The notes below the pieces were generated by a model, which saw only the letters and a program-made list of their open reading frames with translations, ran no database searches and was not told where the DNA came from. The position numbers and the translations under genes were made by a program. Shown piece by piece: positions 1 through 11,523 of a stretch of DNA of 64,000 nt (position 1 is its first letter; every line of letters starts with the position of its first letter). This DNA comes from Mobula hypostoma (taxonomy: Eukaryota): positions 54,188,001-54,252,000 of the forward strand of contig NC_086105.1 in NCBI RefSeq assembly GCF_963921235.1, given 5' to 3'.

Positions 1-1250
1 TACATAAATACTATTGATAACCTGTGGGTGAAATGGACTCTTAAAATATGGAAAACTATTATAAAAGAACATAAACTAGAGTGATATGGCAATTCTTAAA
101 TGGTGTGCATATGACTCAGATTTTACGCCAAATAAACAGGATGCTAGATTTAAGGACTGGACAGCTAAAGGAATAACAGCTATTTGCAATATAATGAAAG
201 AAGGAACACTGTTCAGTTTTGAAATGCTCAGAGAAACACTTATTAGGAAAACAAGACTTTTACCGGTATTTACAGACAGTATGTTAATAGGACGGTTAAA
301 AATGTAACCAAGGCAAGTACATGTCTGATAGCGCTATTTAGAAAAGCATATAATTCAGACAATGGTAGTAGAATCATTTCAAGCTTGTATAAGGGTTTGC
401 CAAATCTTAAAACACATTCGACTTCATACATTACAACAAAATGGGAGAAGGAAGGAGGGATAATAATATCTGAGGAAGACTGGACAATAATATGGAGGTA
501 TCAATGGAAGTGTACCAGTTCACAGAAATGGAGGGAGTTCGGGTGGAAAAACTTGGTATTTTATTACACCCTCTCAGAAATCCCATTACGATAATAACCC
601 CCCTGTTTGCTGGAGAAATTGTGGAAATCAAAATGCAAACCATTATCATATTTTCTGGGAATGCCCCATTATCAATGACTATTGGAGTGGGATACATAAT
701 GCCCTACAAGACGTCTTTAAATGTGCAATACTTTTAGAGAGTAAGACCATATATTTTGGGTATATACCTCAAGAATGGTTGAAAAGAGATAAATATTTAA
801 TGAAGGTACTGCTGGTGGCTGGTAAAAAGACCCTTACCAGGAAATGGTTATCACAGGAGAGCCCAACTTTAAATGTATGGATGGAAATTACAATGGACAT
901 TTACAAAATGGAGAAGATAACAGCATCTGTTAATCATAAGTTAGAACAATTTTATTCATACTGGGAAAAATGGTTTAACTACATAACACCTCATAGGCCT
1001 GATTTTATTCTCACAAGTCAATGAATATGCTGTTAAAAAAAATCACTCCCTACTCTGTACATAGTTTTCTTCTTTCGATTGTTTTCTTTCCTCTCCTTTC
1101 TATAAATGTATACCTCAGATAAATATTATGTAGAGATCTGTGACAAATATGATTATATGATATATACACACACTATCTGAAATACATCTTATGGAAATGT
1201 TTGTTTTACGATTAAATTCAATAAAAAATAAATTACAAAAAAAAGAAACA
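1..1250 (+). mobile_element. L1/Tx1-clade LINE, 3' part of ORF2 and poly(A) tail
   Basis: Frameshifted ORF2 C-terminus (KWEKEGG..ISEEDW, CWRNCG..HIFWECP, KKTLTRKWL), ending in AATAAA plus an A-rich tail at ~1220-1248. Confidence 0.85.
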
Positions 1251-1284
1251 ACATTTGATGTGCACTTAAAGCAAAAAGTTTTTC

Positions 1285-2470
1285 TATGTCACCATTTACA
1301 ACCTAGAGATTCATTTTCTTGCAAGCTTATTAAATGCATAATAATAACAACCATAATCGAATCAATGAAACACCGCACCGACTTGGGTGTTCAACTAATG
1401 TGCAAAAGACAACAAACTGCAAATACAGAAATAACTGGTAATAAAAAGCAATAAATATCGAGAACATGATAATGGAGAGTCCTTGAAAGTGAGTCTATTG
1501 GTTGTGCAAAAATTCCAATTATGGGGCAGGTGAAGTTACCTGCTTTGGTTCACAAATCTGATGGTTGAGAGGTACTAATTGTTCCTGAACTTGGAGGTGA
1601 GAGTTCAGAGGCTCCTATCATCTTCCTAGTGGCAGCAGCAAGAACAGAGCATGACATGAGTGGAGCAGGTCCCCGATGACAGATACTGTAGGATTTTACT
1701 GGAGTTGGTGCCTCCATACTAGACTGTGATGCAGCCAGTCAATATATGCTCCATTATATATCTTACAAGTTTGTCAAAGTTTTAGCTGTCATGCTGAATC
1801 TTCGCAAAACTCTACCTAGAGGCACCACCACACCTTCTTCGTAATTGCACATTGTGCTGGGCCCAGAGCAGGACCTCCGAAATAGCAACATGGAGGAATT
1901 TAAAGTTGTTGACCCTCTCCACCTCTGATCTTCTGATGTCTGGCTCATAGGCCTCTGGTTTCTTCCTCCTGAAGTCAATGATCAGCTCCTTGGTCTTGCT
2001 GACATTGAGTAACAGGTTGCTGCTGTGGTCCCGCTCAGCCAGGTTTTCAATCTCCCTCCTACATGCTGATCTCTCACTGGCTTTAATTTTGCCTATGACT
2101 GTGGCGTCATCAAATAATTTGAATATGGCTTAGCCATACAGTCATAAGTATAAAGTGAATAGAACAGGGGACTAAGCACACAGCATTTTGGTGGACCTAT
2201 ACTGATGGAGATTCTGGAGAGAATGTTGCCAGTCCAAACTGACTGGAGTCTGTAAGGAAACAGAGGATCCAATTGCACAAGGAGGTATTGAGGCCAAGGT
2301 CTTGAAGCTTACTGATTAGTTTTGATGGGATGATGCTATTGAATGCCTAGCTGTAGTTGTTAAAGAGCATCCTGATGTACGCATCTTGGTTGCCCAGATC
2401 TCGAGTGAAGAGCCAGTGAGATAGCATCTGCTGGGGACCTGTTGCTCCAGTAGGCAAAATAAATGGGGAT
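1285..2470 (-). mobile_element. Rex1/Babar-type LINE relic (target of the LTR insertion; resumes at 7345)
   Basis: GPPKCCVLSPLFYSLYTYDC and RSPADAISLALHS motifs. Family-like sequence continues after the TSD. Confidence 0.75.
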
Positions 2471-3329
2471 TGTTACGAGAATACACATAAAATTAAGATG
2501 TTTGCTGGCCTGGGCTAGCATCAGTGGCATCAGCAGTTGGTCTGCCACCTGCCCTCAGGGGAAGGAGAGATAAGGAACAATGGAGCAGCGTCTGGAGATG
2601 TGTAATGAAGGGATGTGGGAGAGAGAGCTGTCTGGAGCGGCTCCCCTCTTTGAACCTTGAACTGTTTGAAGTGATGGACAGGCGATACCCCAGCAGGGGG
2701 ATAAAAAGGGACAGGTTCGCTAAGACAGAGACACACGCCACCCGAGGTAACGAGACCCTGGAAGCGGTACGCTTCTCACGAGTGGGTGAGAAGTATCAGA
2801 CAACGACCAGGGTGGAAAGGTACGATCAGCGGGAACCCGGTGTGTGTCCGCCCTTGCCTGGGTGCCGGGTTCACTGCAGAGGATCGACCGCATCTGGAGG
2901 AGGGGTCACAGTCGGTGACCTCAGGTGACATCACCAAGGACCCGCCCAAATGCTGTCTGTGAGCCATCTCGCTGGTCTGTGAGTGAAGCTGTGCTGAATG
3001 ATGAGTTGTTCCTATTCTATGTCTCTCTTCCCCCACCTTGTCCATCGCCATGGCAACGATTACTGCGAACTGAACTACAAACTGGACTGAACTTTGAGTC
3101 ATTTTGAAATTGGTCATTTACCCCTAGACAACGATAGAGCGTGATTGATGCTGTTATCTTAATTCTGTGCACATGTGTGGTTATCATTGTTGAATTGTTG
3201 CATTTATTATCCTTTCGATTACTGTGGTGCTTGTTTCTTTAATAAAACTTTCTTAGTTCTAGTACTCCAGACTCCAACTGAGTGATCCATTTCTGCTGGT
3301 TTGGCAACCCAGTTAAGGGGTACGTAACA
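2471..3329 (+). repeat. 5' LTR
   Basis: TG...CA ends, TATA-like GATAAAAA at ~2700, AATAAA at 3241-3246. I see only 4 mismatches to the 3' LTR by eye. Confidence 0.96.
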
Positions 3330-3333
3330 TAAG

Positions 3334-3351
3334 TGGGGGCTCGTCCGGGAT
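3334..3351 (+). other. Primer-binding site, tRNA-Pro
   Basis: TGGGGGCTCGTCCGGGAT, the canonical 18-nt tRNA-Pro PBS (as in MLV), 4 nt after the 5' LTR. Confidence 0.93.
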
Positions 3352-3427
3352 TTTGAACGCTAAATTTGGGACGGAGTAAATTGATTGGGTTAAAATTCCC
3401 GAAAGAAAGAAAAGACAAACAGCAGAA

Positions 3428-6313
3428 ATGGAGGTTGAGGAATTTATAAAGGCGCCGACCTTGGAGGCATTAGAGGATGCCAGGAAATCGGAATTGATAG
3501 CTGTGGCCAAACGGGTGAATCTTGCTAAGGTGAAGTCGACAATGAGGAGAGAGGAGATACACAGAGCTATTGTAGAGCACTATGTATCTAAAGGTGTGTT
3601 TCCCCAAGGTGAGCTGGGGGTGGTGTCTATTGAAAAACCTGCTGGAGATGCGGTACAGGTACAGCTTGAAAAACTGAGACTCGAGCACGAGTTCCGGGTA
3701 CGGCAGTTAGAACACGAAGAGAGAGAGAGAGAGTTAGAAAGGCGGGAGAGAGAGAAAGAGGTAGAAAGGCAAGAGAGAGAGAAAGAGGTAGAAAGGCAAG
3801 AGAGAGGAAGACAGTTGGAGAGAGAAGAGAGAGAGAGGGACAGACAGTTGGAGAGAGAGGAGAAACAGAGGGAAAGGGAATTTGAGCTGGAGAAGTTAAA
3901 AATAAGGGCCGAGCAGGGGCTCGTGCCGAACCAAGGTGGAGGGTTCCGGGCGACCCAGGAGGTTAGGCTGGTTCCCCCATTTGACGATACCGATGTGGAT
4001 CGGTACTTTCTCCACTTCGAAAAGGTGGCTATAAGTCAGGAATGGCCGAGGGATAAGTGGGTTGTTTTACTTCAGAGTGTACTGAAAGGGAAGGCCCAAC
4101 AAGCTTACTCCGCTTTATCCACGGAAGATGCCCAGAAGTATGAGGTGGTGAAGGAGGCCATCCTCAGGATTTATGAGTTGGTCCCGGAGGCATACCGGCA
4201 GAGGTTCCGGAATGCGAGGAAGCGGTGGGACCGCACGTATTTGGAGTTTGCTCGTGAGATGCAAACATATTGTGAGCGTTGGTGCGCCTGGAAAGGGGTA
4301 GAGGGGGATTATGACAGACTGCTGCAACTGATTCTGATTGAGCAGTTTAAAGGTTGTGTCCCTGAGGGTATGAGACCCTACCTCGATGAGAAAGAGGCAG
4401 CCACGTTAGCCGCAACTGCTAAGTTAGCGGATGAGTATGCGTTGACGCATAAAATGAAGTTTGCCCCGAGTAAAGGCTACCAGAAGGGTAGTCAGGACGG
4501 AGGGGAGAGTCCGCCGGAAAAGTCAGAAAGTAAACCGGGGACTAGTGAAAAGGATAAGGTAGACCGGGAGCAGTCTGGTAGGAAGTCTCCTGGGGTCGTC
4601 TGTTATAATTGTGGGAAAGTCGGACACTTTGCGTCCAGGTGCTTTGCCCCAAGGAAGGAGACGGGGAAAGGAAAAGCGGAAATTTTGAATGGCTGTATCG
4701 AGCTGTTAAGCGAACCGCTAGGGAAGGACAGGTCTGAAAAAGTCCAGGAAGGGCGCGAGAGGTTTATCTCGGCCGGACTGGTGTCAGTGAAAAAGAGGTT
4801 AAAACCAGTTCCAGTGCGGATCTGGAGAGACACGGGAGCGTGTCAGTCACTAATACTGAAGAGTGTATTAGAGTTTAGCTCAGAGACCCAGACTGGGGAG
4901 GTAGAGGTCAAAGGTGTTGGGGAAGGGACAGAGTCAGTCCCTTTGCACCAGATACACTTACAGAGCAACCTGGTCTCTGGACTAGTCACGATCGGGGTGA
5001 GGTCCGAATTACCGATGAAAGACGTGGAAGTCTTGCTCGGTAATGACATCGCCGGAGGAATCGTGTTCCCAGTCGTGAGATTGACGGGTCAGCCTGCCAG
5101 CATGGAGGCCCCGCCCGCGATGGTGAATTTGGCTGAAACATTTCTGCCAACCTTGTATGAGACAGGGTGTAGTGAGATAAGAGGTAGTGAGGGAGCTGGG
5201 ACGGACGTAGCAGTAGCCAGGAAAGAATTTGTGCAGACGCAGGAGCGAGGCGAGGGGCTGATGGGTTTTGCAGAGACAGCTCTCTCTGACACAGCCTTGA
5301 CAAGGGAACTAGTAGGCTATTGTGCGGATGAGGAAGTGCTAAGGAAGAAAGGGAAATCAAGGACAGTATCCGCAGATGAGGAGTGGGGGGTGGTGCAAAA
5401 GAGTTATGGGGATGAGGTTTTTAACATGGCCCACGAGGTACCCCCCGGTGGACATTTTGCGGTGCTGGAGGAAACAGTTGGTGGAATCATGAAAGAGATT
5501 TACCGGCTGCCCAGGGGGAAGAATGTTATTGATCATGACCGACGCGAACTGAGACGGTCACCGGCTTTTGATATGCTAACAAACCTAGTCGGTGTTAGCG
5601 TGGAAATCAATGAAGCTAGGGGCCCCCTGTTAAGAGAAAAGAACCATTTTGAAAAGATTAGGATGGGATCGGTCAGATGGGAGAAGGCTATTGTTTTGGC
5701 CAGGTCTACTGATAAGGTCTCTCCCTTAATCCCCGAAGGAGTAATTAAACGACTCGCACCCATGTGTTTGATTGTCCCGAGGAAATGCAAAGAACTGGGA
5801 CGTTGGGCGATTGTGGTTACAATAGGACGGCCAAGTAAACAACACCCATATTTTTTGAGTAATTCAGTGACTAAAGGGCTGATGAACACAGAGGTGTGTA
5901 TTGGCAATTTAACACGGCTGTCTGAAGCCAGCTTGATAGTGAACCTTGAAAAAAATGAATTCGGCCACACGAAGGTCACTTACCTGGGAATTGTGGTGAC
6001 ACAGGGGCAGCTGGCAGTGATGCAAGCTACAGTGCAGGCTATCGCTGACCTCCCAACCCCGACAGACAAGAGGGCCCTCAGAAGGCTTTTGGAGATGGTG
6101 GGGTACTGCAGGAAGTTTTGCAATAACTCTGCGGTCAATACCCGTCCCCCTCCTACTAAGCCCTTGCGAGAGAAAACTGAGCCGGAATGGGACGACCCTT
6201 GTTGTTGTGGTCCGGGACAAAACCAAATGAGAGGTTACATTGGTCGCAATTCATCAGTGTTTTTGGCCACTATGAAGTTTGCTGAGTTGGAGCCTGGTCT
6301 AAGGGATTATTAA
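3428..6313 (+). CDS. Gag(SCAN-like capsid, CCHC)-protease fused to compressed, inactive pol remnants, 961 aa
   Basis: E/R-rich coiled coil. LVPPF...YFLHFEKVA...WP, ELVPEAYRQRFR and LILIEQF capsid motifs. CYNCGKVGHFASRC knuckle. Protease RDTGA and LLGND. Integrase zinc-finger half AHE..GGH. RT scraps KQHPY, CIGN, VTYLG and MVGYCRKF. Confidence 0.9.
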   Translation: MEVEEFIKAPTLEALEDARKSELIAVAKRVNLAKVKSTMRREEIHRAIVEHYVSKGVFPQGELGVVSIEKPAGDAVQVQLEKLRLEHEFRVRQLEHEERERELERREREKEVERQEREKEVERQERGRQLEREERERDRQLEREEKQREREFELEKLKIRAEQGLVPNQGGGFRATQEVRLVPPFDDTDVDRYFLHFEKVAISQEWPRDKWVVLLQSVLKGKAQQAYSALSTEDAQKYEVVKEAILRIYELVPEAYRQRFRNARKRWDRTYLEFAREMQTYCERWCAWKGVEGDYDRLLQLILIEQFKGCVPEGMRPYLDEKEAATLAATAKLADEYALTHKMKFAPSKGYQKGSQDGGESPPEKSESKPGTSEKDKVDREQSGRKSPGVVCYNCGKVGHFASRCFAPRKETGKGKAEILNGCIELLSEPLGKDRSEKVQEGRERFISAGLVSVKKRLKPVPVRIWRDTGACQSLILKSVLEFSSETQTGEVEVKGVGEGTESVPLHQIHLQSNLVSGLVTIGVRSELPMKDVEVLLGNDIAGGIVFPVVRLTGQPASMEAPPAMVNLAETFLPTLYETGCSEIRGSEGAGTDVAVARKEFVQTQERGEGLMGFAETALSDTALTRELVGYCADEEVLRKKGKSRTVSADEEWGVVQKSYGDEVFNMAHEVPPGGHFAVLEETVGGIMKEIYRLPRGKNVIDHDRRELRRSPAFDMLTNLVGVSVEINEARGPLLREKNHFEKIRMGSVRWEKAIVLARSTDKVSPLIPEGVIKRLAPMCLIVPRKCKELGRWAIVVTIGRPSKQHPYFLSNSVTKGLMNTEVCIGNLTRLSEASLIVNLEKNEFGHTKVTYLGIVVTQGQLAVMQATVQAIADLPTPTDKRALRRLLEMVGYCRKFCNNSAVNTRPPPTKPLREKTEPEWDDPCCCGPGQNQMRGYIGRNSSVFLATMKFAELEPGLRDY

Positions 6314-6473
6314 TAACACGTGTAAAAGGAACAGAAAATGTGATGACTGTCTGTCAAGGTGTTGACAGCTTCAAATTCTCTGTATTAGCTAAATAACTGT
6401 TAAAGATGTATATTGTGTATGTATCAGATAATGTAGTCATGTTTGTAATTTTTACCTCCCGGTAAAAATCCTT

Positions 6474-6485
6474 AAAGGGGGGAAG
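6474..6485 (+). other. Polypurine tract
   Basis: AAAGGGGGGAAG directly abutting the 3' LTR. Confidence 0.9.
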
Positions 6486-7344
6486 TGTTACGAGAATACA
6501 CATAAAATTAAGATGTTTGCTGGCCTGGGCTAGCATCAGTGGCATCAGCAGTTGGTCTGCCACCTGCCCTCAGGGGAAGGAGAGATAAGGAACAATGGAG
6601 CAGCGTCTGGAGATGTGTAATGAAGGGATGTGGGAGGAAGAGCTGTCTGGAGCGGCTCCCCTCTTTGAACCTTGAACTGTTTGAAGTGATGGACAGGCGA
6701 TACCCCAGCAGGGGGATAAAAAGGGACAGGTTCGCTAAGACAGAGACACACGCCACCCGAGGTAACGAGACCCTGGAAGCGGTACGCTTCTCACGAGTGG
6801 GTGAGAAGTATCAGACAACGACCAGGGTGGAAAGGTACGATCAGCGGGAACCCGGTGTGTTTCCGCCCTTGCCTGGGTGCCGGGTTCACTGCAGAGGATC
6901 GACCGCATCTGGAGGAGGGGTCACAGTCGGTGACCTCAGGTGACATCACCAAGGACCCGCCCAAATGCTGTCTGTGAGCCATCTCGCTGGTCTGTGAGTG
7001 AAGCTGTGCTGAATGATGAGTTGTTCCTATTCTATGTCTCTCTTCCCCCACCTTGTCCATCGCCATGGCAACGATTACTGCGAACTGAACTACAAACTGG
7101 ACTGAACTTTGAGTCATTTTGAAATTGGTCATTTACCCCTAGACAACGATAGAGCGTGATTGATGCTGTTATCTTAATTCTGTGCACATGTGTGGTTATC
7201 ATTGTTGAATTGTTGCATTTATTATCCTTTCGATTACTGTGGTGCTTGTTTCTTTAATAAAACTTTCTTAGTTCTAGTACTCCAGACTCCAACTGAGTGA
7301 TCCATTTCTGCTGGTTTGGCAACCCAGTTACGGGGTACGTAACA
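6486..7344 (+). repeat. 3' LTR
   Basis: Direct repeat of 2471-3329, preceded by the purine tract. Confidence 0.96.
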
Positions 7345-7442
7345 GGATCCAAGTCACATCTCAGGCAGGAGTTGATATATTTGATCATGCACCTCTCAAA
7401 ACACTTTACTATGGATATAAGTGCTACTGAAGAATAGTCATT

Positions 7443-9250
7443 GAATCAGAATCAGAATCAGGTTTATTATCACTGGCATGTGTCATGAAATTTATTAACT
7501 TAGCAGCAGCTCAATGCAATAAATAATATAGAAAAGGAAAATAAATCAATTACTGTATACATATATTGAATAGATTAAAAATCGTGCAAAAAACAGAAAT
7601 GCATATTAAAAAGGTGAGATAGTGTTCAAGGGTTCAATGTCCATTTAGGAATCAGATGGCAGAGGGGAAGAAGCTGTTCCTGAATCACTGAGTGTGTGCC
7701 TTCAGGCTTCTGTACCTCCTACCTGATGGTAACAGTGAGAAAAAGGCATGCCCTGGGTTCTGGAGGTCCTTAATAATGGACACTGCCTTTCTGAGACACC
7801 ACTCCTTGAAGATGTCCTGGGTATTTTGTAGGCTAATACCAAAGATGGAGCCAACTAAATTTACAACCCTCTGCAGCTTCTTTTAGTCATTTGCAGTAGC
7901 TCCCCACCATCCCAATATGAGACTGTAATACAGCCTGTCAGCTCTCCACAGTACATCTATATAAGTTTTTGAGTGTATTTGTTGACAAACCAAATTTCTT
8001 CAAATTTCTAGTAATTGCCGTCTTGCCTTCTCTACAACTGCATTGGTATGTTGCGACCAGGCTAATTCCTTCGAGATCTTGACACCGAGGAACTTGAAAC
8101 TGCTCTCTCCACTTCTGACCCCTCTATGAGGATTGGTATTTGTTCCTTTGTCTTACCCTTCCTGAAGTCCACAATCAGCTCTTTCATCTTACTGATGTTG
8201 AGTGCCAGGTTGTTGCTGTGACACCACTCCACTAGTTGGCATATCTCACTCCTGTATGCTCTCGTGTCACCATCTGAGATTCTACCAACAATGGTTGTAT
8301 CATCAACAAATTTATAGATGCTATACAGCTGTGCCTAGCCACACAGTCCATGGGTATAGAAAGTAGAGGAGAGCAGTGGGCTAAGCACACACCCCTGAGG
8401 TGTGACAGTGTTGATCATCAGCAAGGAGGAGATAGAAACATAGAAAATAGGTGGAGTAGGCCATTCGGCCCTTCGAGCCTGCACCACCATTTATTATGAT
8501 CATGGCTGATCATCCAACTCAGAACCCCACCCCAGCCTTCCCTCCATACCCCCTGACCCCTGTAGCCACAAGGGCCATATCCAACTCCCTCTTAAACATA
8601 GGCAATGAACTGGCCTCAACAGTTTCCTGTGGCAGAGAATTCCACAGATTCACCACTCTCTGTGTGAAGAAGTTTTTCCTAATCTCAGTCCTAAAAGGCT
8701 TCCCCTCTATCCTCAAACTGTGACCCCTCGTTCTGGACTTCCCCAACATCGGGAACAATCTTCCTGCATCTAGCCTGTCCAATCCCTTTAGGATCTTATA
8801 CGTTTCAATCAGATCCCCCCTCAATCTTCTAAATTCCAATGAGTACAAGCCCAGTTCATCCAGTCTTTCTTCATATGAAAGTCCTGCCATCCCAGGAATC
8901 AATCTGGTGAACCTTCTTTGTACTCCCTCTATGGCAAAGATGTCTTTCCTCAGATTAGGGGACCAAAACTGCACACAATACTCCAGGTGTGGTCTCACCA
9001 AGGCCTTTTACAACTGCAGTAGTACCTCCCTGATGTTATCACCAATCTGCACAGATTGTGATCTTCCAGTTAAGAGTCGAGGATATAATTGCAGAGTGAG
9101 GTACAGAGGCCCAGGTCCTGTAACTTCTCAATCAGGATTGTTGAAATGATGGCATCAAATGCTGAGCTATAGTCAATGAACAGCATTCTGACATGGGTGT
9201 GTATTGTCCAGGTGGTCTAAAGCCATGTGAAGAGCCATTGAGATTGCATC
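7443..9250 (-). mobile_element. Rex1/Babar-type LINE with (GATTCT)n tail, split by a CR1
   Basis: Tail gaatcagaatcagaatcaggtttatt at 7443. RT motifs PQGVCLAHCS (degenerate) and [17 protein letters not shown]. Confidence 0.75.
8434..9031 (-). mobile_element. CR1 LINE 3' end nested in Rex1
   Basis: Open ORF2 C-terminus VRPHLEYCVQFWSP...RRLRGDLIETYK...RKNFFTQRVVNLWNSLP, 3' UTR and microsatellite-like tail. Confidence 0.9.
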
Positions 9251-9554
9251 TGCTTCATTTTTCTTGAGCACCTGTACAAGTTTGCTTGAAGCAGGTGGAT
9301 ACCTCAGTATGACAAAGTGAGAGGTTAAAGATCTCAATGAACACTCCAGCCTGTTGATCAGCACAGGTCTTCAGTACTTGGCCAGATACCCCATCTGGGC
9401 TGGTTGCTTTTCACAGGCCACTCACACATCAGCCTCAGACTGAAATCACATGACTATGCAGGGAAGAGGGAGACATGGGGGGTTGCTTTGGGAGTTCATG
9501 ATGGTTCCTTCATGTTTTGACATCAAAGCAAGCATAGAAGGCAATGAGTCACAA

Positions 9555-10300
9555 GTCCATAAGATAGAGGAGCAGAATTAGGCTAATTGGCTCATCAAGC
9601 CTGCTCCAGCATTTCATCTTGGCTGATCCACCTTTCTTCAGCCCCTGTATCCTATGTTCTCTCTGTATTCTTTCATGCCCTGACTATTCAAGTATCTATT
9701 ACCCTCTGCCTTAAATCTACCTAATGACTTAGCCTCCACAGTCACCTGTGGCAATGAATTCCAGATGCACCAATCTCTGGCTAAAGAAATTCCTTATCTC
9801 CATTCTAAAAGGATACACCCCTATTTTGAGGCTGAATCCTGTGGTCTTAGACACCCCCACCACAGAAAACATCCTCTCCACATCTAGGTCTTTCAACATA
9901 CAATAGGTTTCAATTATGTTATCCATCATTCTTCTGAATTCCAATGAGTACAGGCCCAGAGCCATCAAATGCTCCTCATATCACAAACCTTTCAATCCCA
10001 GAATCATTTTTATTAATCCCGTGTAGACACACAAGCCCCTTTGCACCTCAAATTTCTGAATTCTCTCTCCATTTAGAGAATAGATAACCCTTTTATTTCT
10101 TCTACCACAGTGCAGACCATATACTTTCCAACACTATTCCACCTGCCACTTCTTCGTCCATTCTCTTTTCTCTACTTTCTCAATCCTACTTGCCCCTCCA
10201 CCCATCCTTGTATCATCCACAAACTTGGGACACAAAGCCATGCATTCCATTATCCAAGTTATTGACATACAATGTAAAAAAAAAGCAGTCCCAACACAGA
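9555..10300 (-). mobile_element. Deleted CR1 relic (also present in the paralogous block at ~60160-60620)
   Basis: LGLYSLEFRR, RNFFSQRLV and KFVDDTRMGG motifs. Confidence 0.8.
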
Positions 10301-10726
10301 AGCCAAGTCCTATTGTCACCTATGTCACTTCATTTTACTTTAAGAGGTCGTGGCATTCAAGCCTGGCCACAACAGTTGAGCATCATTCATTGATTAGAGT
10401 TGAGACTGGAATTGCTACTTTATCTGTGAGATGGCTTTCTAGAGATCGTACTTAGTTACTCCTCCCCATTAAACTTGCTTCCTCATGTAGGACAGGTGCA
10501 TACAAAGTTGACTGGGCTGAGTGTGACTTTGTCTTTCCAGCTTTCAGAGGGACCATTTCACAGGTTATTAACAGTCATCTACATTGTTCAGACCATGATG
10601 CTGCATTAGCCAACCCTGTGGAAGGTCATCAGATTTCCTTCAAACAGGAAATTAGAATTTAACTTCTACATCCCTCTGGAAAACCCAGTGATTACAATCT
10701 GCAGTAATGGCATGATGTTTCTTCGC

Positions 10727-10765
10727 TTTATTCAATTTTACCAGTTTGGTGAAGTTTTATTTATT
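10727..10765 (-). terminator. Candidate polyadenylation signals of the AKR1B-like gene
   Basis: Cluster of minus-strand AATAAA (tttatt on + at ~10727, ~10756 and ~10760), about 0.8 kb past the stop. Equivalent sites occur in the paralogous copy at ~60980 and ~61008. Confidence 0.55.
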
Positions 10766-11523
10766 AATATCAGAGCAGGCCTCTGGATTATCACTGTGGT
10801 AATGCACCAACATAATGCTAGCTTGTTACAGAACTCAGGTACAGCATTTCCTGAAATTGTGAAATGGGATAAACTCCTAGCAAATGTTTTGAGTGAAAAA
10901 TTGTCAATGGACAAAAAGCATAATCTATTACTGGAATTTTTGACAGTTTCAATTGCTAAGTTGCACACATTCAAAGGTATGTGTCTCATGTCAAACTTAT
11001 ATTCCTTTCAGTGAGCAACTTAGCAGTTTCAAGCTCTGTGACCAAATGAAACCAGCTCTGAAGAAACAAGCAGTTACATGAAGTTATTCTGGGATTACTA
11101 CAACCTATAAAATGTAACACTAAACAGAACTATCATGTTGCAAGGTGATACTGAAGATTTGGACTTCAGAATTATAAATTTGTCTACTGTAAATTGGTTT
11201 CATAAATCCTGTGAAAATATTTTTCCTGCAATCAGACTTTTAGTAATTAGGTAAGGGCAAATTTTCTGAAGCCAAGAACAGAAAATTGTTTCTGGATTTG
11301 CACAGTAAGAAAATGGAGGCATCGCAGCAAGAGTGGAAAATTCTTGTGAATGTTTATTCATATCATTGATGCAATCAGAAAGTTACACTGCTAAAGCACA
11401 TCACCGTAGTTAAAGAACTTACTCTTCAAAATATCAAATTAATTCTGCTGTTCCAGGTCTACAGATAGGAGAGCTATTAATTTTCAGATAGCTTGTTCCA
11501 TTTGAAGCAGTTAGTTCATAATC

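Larger units (their letters stand above)
2471..7344 (+). mobile_element. Young Gmr1-like (Ty3/Gypsy, SCAN-Gag) LTR retrotransposon, non-autonomous with degenerate pol
   Basis: Two 859-bp LTRs with TGTTACG...CGTAACA termini. 4-bp TSD GGAT at 2467-2470 and 7345-7348. PBS and PPT present. Domain remnants in PR-IN-RT-RH order. Confidence 0.95.

Noticed and set aside
2493-3117. Short ORFs duplicated at 6508-7132
   Set aside because: They fall inside the LTRs. Their recurrence just reflects LTR identity, and they show no recognisable domains.
3428-6313. Domesticated SCAN/Gag host gene
   Set aside because: It is flanked by near-identical LTRs, PBS, PPT and TSD, so it is a recent insertion rather than an old fixed gene.
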